64,000 nt of DNA from Acidobacteriota bacterium. Lineage in GTDB: Bacteria > Acidobacteriota > UBA890 > WLXD01. The DNA lies in assembly GCA_963666215.2 (NCBI GenBank), contig CAXWPL010000001.1:64001-128000 (forward strand), in the 5' to 3' direction. Positions 58,540 through 64,000 of the stretch are shown in pieces. Position 1 is the stretch's first letter. Every line of letters begins with the position of its first letter. The position numbers and the translations under genes were made by a program. The notes beneath the pieces were generated by a model. The model did not search any database. It saw nothing but the letters and a program-made list of their open reading frames with translations, and was not told the DNA's origin.

Positions 58540-60098
58540 CGACGGCGGCCGACGACGACGACGGCTACGGCATGGGTGTCACGGCTGCCGACTACGACAA
58601 CGACGGGTGGCTCGACCTCTACGTCACGAACTTCGGGCCCAATGTGCTCCTGCGCAACAACGGCGACGGCAGTTTCAGTCGTGTCGAGAACGCAGCCACC
58701 GGCGACAATCGGTGGTCGGCGAGCGCCGTGTGGAGCGACCTCGACGCCGACGGCTGGCTCGACCTCTACGTGACGAACTACATCGCATACGACATCGCCA
58801 ACGCGCGGTACTGTGAGGAGCCGCTTCGCGATACACGCTCCTACTGCCACATCGACCTCTTCGACGGAGTCGCTGACCAACTGTTTCACAACAACGGAGA
58901 TAGCGACTTCGAAGATGTGTCAGCCGCGGCTGGCGTGGTGAACGCGGCCGAGGGCAAGGGGTTGGGTGTTGTCACCGGCGATCTCAACGACGACGGCCGC
59001 ATTGACATGTACGTGGCCAACGACACGGCGCAGAACTTCCTCTACGTCCACACGGCCGTGGCGAGACCCCGGAATCAAGCGGGTGGCGAAAGCGACCCTG
59101 ACGGATCGCACGCTCTCGGTTTCGAAGACATCGGACTCTTCTCGGGAACCGGCTACAGCGAGGACGGCAAAGCGCAGGCGGGAATGGGCACCAACGCGGC
59201 CGACCTCGATGGCGACGGCAGTCTGGGGATTCTGGTGACGAACTTCGCGTTCGAACCGAACAATCTGTTTCGCCGTATCGCGCCGGGCGCCTACGTTGAC
59301 GACACCTACGCCCTCGGGCTCGGCGAGGCCTCCTTGCCGACGCTCGGGTTTGGCATCACCGCGGCTGATTTCGACGGTGACGGTGACACCGACGTGGCGG
59401 TCGCCAATGGCCACATCCTCGACAACGTCGCGGAGCTCAAGGACAACGCGACCTATGCGCAGAGCAATCATCTGTTCACGAACCAGCTCACAGATCTGCG
59501 CCGCGCGGCACTGCGGGAGGGCCAAACGATCGCGCCCGCGGCGTTGTCTCGCGGATTTTCAACCGCCAGCGCGGCATGGCGACCGACGCGCGAGCTGCTC
59601 GTTGAAACGGGAGCCGATGCCGGCCCCGGCTTCGCGCTGTCGGAAGTCTCGCGCGGCCTGGCCGCTGGAGATGCCGATGGCGACGGCGACCCCGACCTCG
59701 TCGTCACGAACTCGGCGGGCCGTGCGCGCTACCTACGCAACGACTCGACCTCGGCGCAGCCGCCGAACCAGCGCGCGGTGCTGCGGCTGCGTGGCCGTGG
59801 CAGCAGTCGCGATGCGCTCGGCGCGGTGGTGATCGTCACACCGCTCGGAGGCGACCCCGATAGCGACGGCGCCGCAGGCTTCGGCCAGCGACGCGACGTC
59901 CGCAGTGCCTCGTCCTACTGCTCGCAAGATTCGATGGATCTGTACATCGGTCTGGGCAAATCCCGCCGGGCGCGCGTTGAGATCCGTTGGCTCGATGGAA
60001 GGGTCGAGACGATCAACGCGATCAACGCTGGGCAACTGACGCTCATTGTCGAAGGCCGCGGCGCCATCGCGACAGCCGCGCTGCGCCCGTCCTCTTGA
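58341..60098 (+). CDS. CRTAC1/ASPIC-UnbV family FG-GAP repeat protein, 5' region disturbed
   Basis: PETMGAG, multiple DxDxDGxxDLYV repeats, GKGLG, AGMG, SRGLAAGD, C-terminal SYCSQ..IGLG..EIRW. Confidence 0.88.
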   Translation: MTIVIAATPTPPASQSQINFIDASEIAGIAFKHSNGASGDKHLPETMGAGAGWIDFDGDGRLDLYLATAADDDDGYGMGVTAADYDNDGWLDLYVTNFGPNVLLRNNGDGSFSRVENAATGDNRWSASAVWSDLDADGWLDLYVTNYIAYDIANARYCEEPLRDTRSYCHIDLFDGVADQLFHNNGDSDFEDVSAAAGVVNAAEGKGLGVVTGDLNDDGRIDMYVANDTAQNFLYVHTAVARPRNQAGGESDPDGSHALGFEDIGLFSGTGYSEDGKAQAGMGTNAADLDGDGSLGILVTNFAFEPNNLFRRIAPGAYVDDTYALGLGEASLPTLGFGITAADFDGDGDTDVAVANGHILDNVAELKDNATYAQSNHLFTNQLTDLRRAALREGQTIAPAALSRGFSTASAAWRPTRELLVETGADAGPGFALSEVSRGLAAGDADGDGDPDLVVTNSAGRARYLRNDSTSAQPPNQRAVLRLRGRGSSRDALGAVVIVTPLGGDPDSDGAAGFGQRRDVRSASSYCSQDSMDLYIGLGKSRRARVEIRWLDGRVETINAINAGQLTLIVEGRGAIATAALRPSS

Positions 60099-60103
60099 CG
60101 CGC

Positions 60104-61930
60104 ATGGAACGACTCTGGCGGCGCCACGTGGTCGCGTTCGGTGCGCGTCGCCGCCACGTCGGGCACGCGGCTTGGCGCGCCCAGACCCTCCATCTGATGC
60201 TGCTGCTACCCGTCATCTCGGCCACCGTGCCGCCGACACCTCGACCCGCACAACAAGCACTCCAGCTGATTGACGTTACGGAGCAAGCAGGTGTCGACTT
60301 TGTCCACGAGCACGGCGGCACTGGTGAGCGCTACATGGTCGAGACGATGGGCTCGGGTGTGGCTGTCGTCGACCTCGACGTCGACGGGCGCCTCGACCTC
60401 TACTTCGTGCAAAGCGCGGCGACGCCGTCGGCGCCGGCGGCGCGCTCGCTGCACAACACGTTGTACCGCCAGCACGGCGACGCCACCGTCCGCAACACCC
60501 CCGCAACCCCGACGTTCGCTGACGTCACCGCACTGGCCCGGGCCGGCAGTGAGAGTTATGGCCTCGGCGTGGCTGCGGCCGACTACGACGACGACGGTTT
60601 CGCCGATCTGTATGTCACCAACTTCGGGGCCAACGAGCTGCTGCGCAACAACGGTGACGGCACCTTCGATGGTGTTGACGCTGGCGTGGACGACGACCTC
60701 TGGAGCACCTCCGCCGCCTGGGCCGATGTCGACGGCGACGGCGATCTCGATCTCTACGTCGCGAACTATGTCTCGTTCGACTGGGACCAGCACAAGTTCT
60801 GCGGCAATCCGCGCCGCAACCTGCGAGCCTACTGTCACCCCGATGTCTACGACGCCCTCCCCGATCGCCTCTACCGCAACGAAGGCAACGGCTCGTTCGC
60901 CGAGATCGGTGCCAGCGCCGGAGTCGTCAACTTGCGCGACGGCAAGGGCCTCGGGGTGGTCTTCGGCGACTACGACAACGACGGCGACGCCGATGCATAC
61001 GTGGCCAACGACTCGACCCGCAACTTCCTCTACACCAACGACGGTACCGGCTCGTTCTCCGACGACGGCCTTCTTGCCGGGGTCGGATACAGCGAAGATG
61101 GCCGTGCCGAGGCTGGCATGGGAACCGATTGGGGCGACTATGACGGCGACGGGCGCCTCGACATCGTGGTCACCAATCTCGACCTCGAGACCAACACGCT
61201 CTACCGCAACCTCGGCGATGGCGCCTTTTCCGATCTCACCTTCGCCACTGGAATGGGCGAGCCGAGCCTTCTGTCGGTGGGCTTCGGCACAAACTGGCTC
61301 GACGTCGACAACGACGCCGACCTCGATCTTTTCGTCGCCAACGGGCACATCATCGACAACATCGAGGACTTCCGCGAAAACGTCACCTACGCCCAGCGCA
61401 ACCACCTGTACTTGAACGGCGGCGACGCGCCCGGTCTCTTCGAGGAGGCGTCGACGCGGCTCGGACCCGGTCTCGAGCTGCGCAAGGTGTCGCGCGGCTC
61501 GGCGGTCGGCGATCTCGACAACGACGGCGATGTTGACGTGGTCGTCGCCAACAACAAGCAGCGCCCCGACATCTTGCGCAACGACGGTGGCTCAGCCGCC
61601 GGCAGCTGGATCTCGTTGAAGCTGGTAGGACGTGCGAGTGTCCGCACGGCCGCTGGAGCGCGCGTCACGCTGACCTGCTCCGACGCCGACGGTGCCCAGG
61701 GGCCGACGCTGGTCCGCGAGGTGCGGGCCGGCTCCTCCTACCTTTCGACGAGCGACTCACGCCTGCATATTGGCGTCGGAACGGCGACTTCGTGCTCAGC
61801 GCGGATTCGCTGGCCCGCGCCAGGACGGCCCATGGAAACGGAGGCGCTGGGCGACCTCACGCCCGGGACCTTCTACGTGATCCACGAAGGCCGCGGCGTG
61901 GTAGCGCTGTCGACGCTGACGGCTCGCTGA
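60104..61930 (+). CDS. CRTAC1/ASPIC-UnbV family FG-GAP repeat protein
   Basis: ETMGSGVA, repeated DYDNDGD motifs, YCHP, SRGSAVGDLDNDG, GSSYLS..LHIGVG..IRWP; start approximate. Confidence 0.92.
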   Translation: MERLWRRHVVAFGARRRHVGHAAWRAQTLHLMLLLPVISATVPPTPRPAQQALQLIDVTEQAGVDFVHEHGGTGERYMVETMGSGVAVVDLDVDGRLDLYFVQSAATPSAPAARSLHNTLYRQHGDATVRNTPATPTFADVTALARAGSESYGLGVAAADYDDDGFADLYVTNFGANELLRNNGDGTFDGVDAGVDDDLWSTSAAWADVDGDGDLDLYVANYVSFDWDQHKFCGNPRRNLRAYCHPDVYDALPDRLYRNEGNGSFAEIGASAGVVNLRDGKGLGVVFGDYDNDGDADAYVANDSTRNFLYTNDGTGSFSDDGLLAGVGYSEDGRAEAGMGTDWGDYDGDGRLDIVVTNLDLETNTLYRNLGDGAFSDLTFATGMGEPSLLSVGFGTNWLDVDNDADLDLFVANGHIIDNIEDFRENVTYAQRNHLYLNGGDAPGLFEEASTRLGPGLELRKVSRGSAVGDLDNDGDVDVVVANNKQRPDILRNDGGSAAGSWISLKLVGRASVRTAAGARVTLTCSDADGAQGPTLVREVRAGSSYLSTSDSRLHIGVGTATSCSARIRWPAPGRPMETEALGDLTPGTFYVIHEGRGVVALSTLTAR

Positions 61931-61945
61931 GGTTGAGCCTGCCCG

Positions 61946-64000
61946 CTACTGGCTAGCCTCGCTCCCTATCCTGCTCGCCATATCGTCGAGTATACGCTTG
62001 ATGTCGGGTTGATTCGGCTCGAGTCCAAGCGATTGCCGCAGCAGCTCCTGTGCCTTCTCCAAGCGCCCCTCGGCAAAGTACTCCGCCGCCAGCAGGTTGA
62101 GGATCTCGGTGTTGTCGGCATCGCCAAGGCGCGCACGCTCGTAGTAGCGGATCGCCTCGAAGTGCTCACCGAGTCGCGCGTTGGCGTCGGCAAGGGTCGC
62201 CAGCAGCTTGGGATCGTTCGGGCTCCGCATCACCATCGGTGACAGCAACGAGCTGATCTCCTCGAACCGGCCGGCGTCGGTGAGCAGCTCAACCTGAAGA
62301 TCAAGCGCGTCAACGAAGTCGGGCTGGCGCTCGAGCACACTCTCGAGCTCGGCGATTGCCGCGTCGGTCTCACCGATCGTGCGGAATTGCCGCGCCCGCA
62401 CAAGACGAATTCCCGGATCGGTTGGCGGCGGATGCTGCCCGGCGTGCACGAACGGCATTTCGGCGCCCTCCGCGGGGATAACAACCACCCGCAGTTCAAC
62501 CGCGCCGTCGTCGACCATCTCGAGATCGGCGCGCAGCACGTACTCACCCGCAGGCACATCGGCCAGCCCGACCTCAGTGCGATGGTTCACGACCCCGAAA
62601 CGATCCTGCTCGGCGAGGTCCACCCGTATGATGCGCTCGACCACTGTGGCCCCAGAGCTATCCAGCAACTGATACGAAGCGAGCAGTTGGTCGGAGGCTC
62701 CGCGCGGCGCGTAGATCTGCCTGAAGATGTGAACTACGCCGCCACTGGCAAACGGCCCGTCGAGCGCGGGCAGCATGGCGTTGGCGCCCACCTGGAACGG
62801 AAAGTGGGTGTCGAACGGGTCGTAGCTGGGAATGAGCTGTGACTCCAACGCCAGAATCGGCTGGCTCGCGCGTGGTGTAGCGGGGAACGGCTCAGGGATC
62901 TCGACGTCGAACTCGAGTCGCCCGAACTCGCGCGTGACGTTGTTCTCCACAATGAGCGCGAAATCGTAGCGCCCCGGCACCACCGGCAGCCGCTCCATGT
63001 AATGCACGTTGCCTGTTCGCAGCCGACGCGCGCTGTCGGCGTCGAGATCGGCTTCCATCTGGCGCCCCTCCGGGTCGACGAGGGCGCGCAGATTGGAATC
63101 GGTGAGTGAAGTGCTGATCTCGAATGTTACGTAGTACTTATCCTCGAAGCGGTTGAGATTCAGCCGGTCACCCGGACTGCGCACAATGTAGTGAAGGAAT
63201 GGAACACCGCTCGGATCCAGGAGCGGCGTTACGAGTGCCTTCAAGGGCAACGTCTCGAAACGCACGTTCGATTCGGTGAAACCTGCGAGCACCCGGTAGG
63301 CATAGGCCGCCGTCGGCATGATGCGATTGGGCAGGTCGAAGATCTGCGTCAACATCATCTCGGAGCGTAGCGGCGACATGCCCATCTGCGCCGCGCCGCC
63401 GCCCGGAATCAAGCTAATGGCGGCCGTTGCGAGCTGTGGGTCGACCTCGCGCAGCGTGTCGATCTGTGCCCCCAGATTGCCAAACCCCGTCATAGGAGTG
63501 CCGCCTCGGCCGCCGAAACCTTGAGACGCGAGCCGCTGTGCTTGGCCCAGGCCGGACGGATTGAGCAACCTCTCGGGACCGTCGCTCAATGGACTGTAGA
63601 GCCGATACTCGCCAACCCCACGATCCTTGAAGAACAAAAGATAGAAAAACGGCGGAACGCCAAGCTTCGGATCCACACCGTAGAACCAAACTTCAACGGG
63701 CTGAGCCAACGATGTGTTGGGCAGCCGCGTGATATCGCGCGGCTCGCCGAGCAGGATCCACATCTTGCCCTTGTCGGTACGCCAGCCGGGGCGCGGCGTG
63801 TCGCGGCCGAAGTTGTGCGTGGCGTAGTCAAACCGCTCGTAGTGCAGGTCGCGATACTCGTTCTGAGCGGTGCCTGGTGTCGGATCGCGGTGGCGCCAGT
63901 ACTCCTCGACGAATGTCTTGCGCTTCTCGTCGGTATCGAGTCGCAGGAAAACGTCGCGCTCCTCCTCGGTGATGATCCAGCGCACCTCCTCCTCGATCCA
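61946..64000 (-). CDS. GWxTD-domain protein with C-terminal TPRs (5' end outside the window)
   Basis: VRWIITEEER..FVEEYWRHRDPTPGT..NEY, PGWRTDKGKMWILLGEP; TPRs at the C-terminus. Confidence 0.92.
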   Translation of the reverse strand, partial: WIEEEVRWIITEEERDVFLRLDTDEKRKTFVEEYWRHRDPTPGTAQNEYRDLHYERFDYATHNFGRDTPRPGWRTDKGKMWILLGEPRDITRLPNTSLAQPVEVWFYGVDPKLGVPPFFYLLFFKDRGVGEYRLYSPLSDGPERLLNPSGLGQAQRLASQGFGGRGGTPMTGFGNLGAQIDTLREVDPQLATAAISLIPGGGAAQMGMSPLRSEMMLTQIFDLPNRIMPTAAYAYRVLAGFTESNVRFETLPLKALVTPLLDPSGVPFLHYIVRSPGDRLNLNRFEDKYYVTFEISTSLTDSNLRALVDPEGRQMEADLDADSARRLRTGNVHYMERLPVVPGRYDFALIVENNVTREFGRLEFDVEIPEPFPATPRASQPILALESQLIPSYDPFDTHFPFQVGANAMLPALDGPFASGGVVHIFRQIYAPRGASDQLLASYQLLDSSGATVVERIIRVDLAEQDRFGVVNHRTEVGLADVPAGEYVLRADLEMVDDGAVELRVVVIPAEGAEMPFVHAGQHPPPTDPGIRLVRARQFRTIGETDAAIAELESVLERQPDFVDALDLQVELLTDAGRFEEISSLLSPMVMRSPNDPKLLATLADANARLGEHFEAIRYYERARLGDADNTEILNLLAAEYFAEGRLEKAQELLRQSLGLEPNQPDIKRILDDMASRIGSEASQ

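Overview
GC-rich bacterial window, most likely from Acidobacteriota (inference from the GWxTD, acidobacterial-type VWA and ASPIC/FG-GAP gene content). From left to right: a sodium:solute symporter; a minus-strand operon (HAD hydrolase, hypothetical, pyk, HutF-like amidohydrolase, DtxR regulator, ACT protein); a truncated xanthine/aldehyde oxidoreductase operon; a YhaO/YhaN (Mre11/Rad50-like) pair; a molybdopterin oxidoreductase; an amber-interrupted secreted lyase-like pseudogene; IS256 copy 1; selA; an 11-subunit complex I operon (nuoABCDHIJKLMN, no nuoEFG); a sulfatase-like gene split by IS256 copy 2; a partial atp operon (atpZ/I, atpB, atpE); rex; four GT4 glycosyltransferases with two IS481 copies and a CTAG-flanked MITE-like hairpin; and a roughly 16 kb envelope cluster (TPR, TonB, two ExbD, ExbB, Ig-VWA, transglutaminase-TPR, CarboxypepD_reg-TPR, two GWxTD, two ASPIC/FG-GAP). 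That cluster is the best candidate for an undescribed system. The window has many lesions (a deletion junction, an in-frame stop, frameshifts, a mosaic duplication), and some may be long-read assembly errors. No rRNA, tRNA or CRISPR array was seen. Family assignments come from motif recognition, not database searches.
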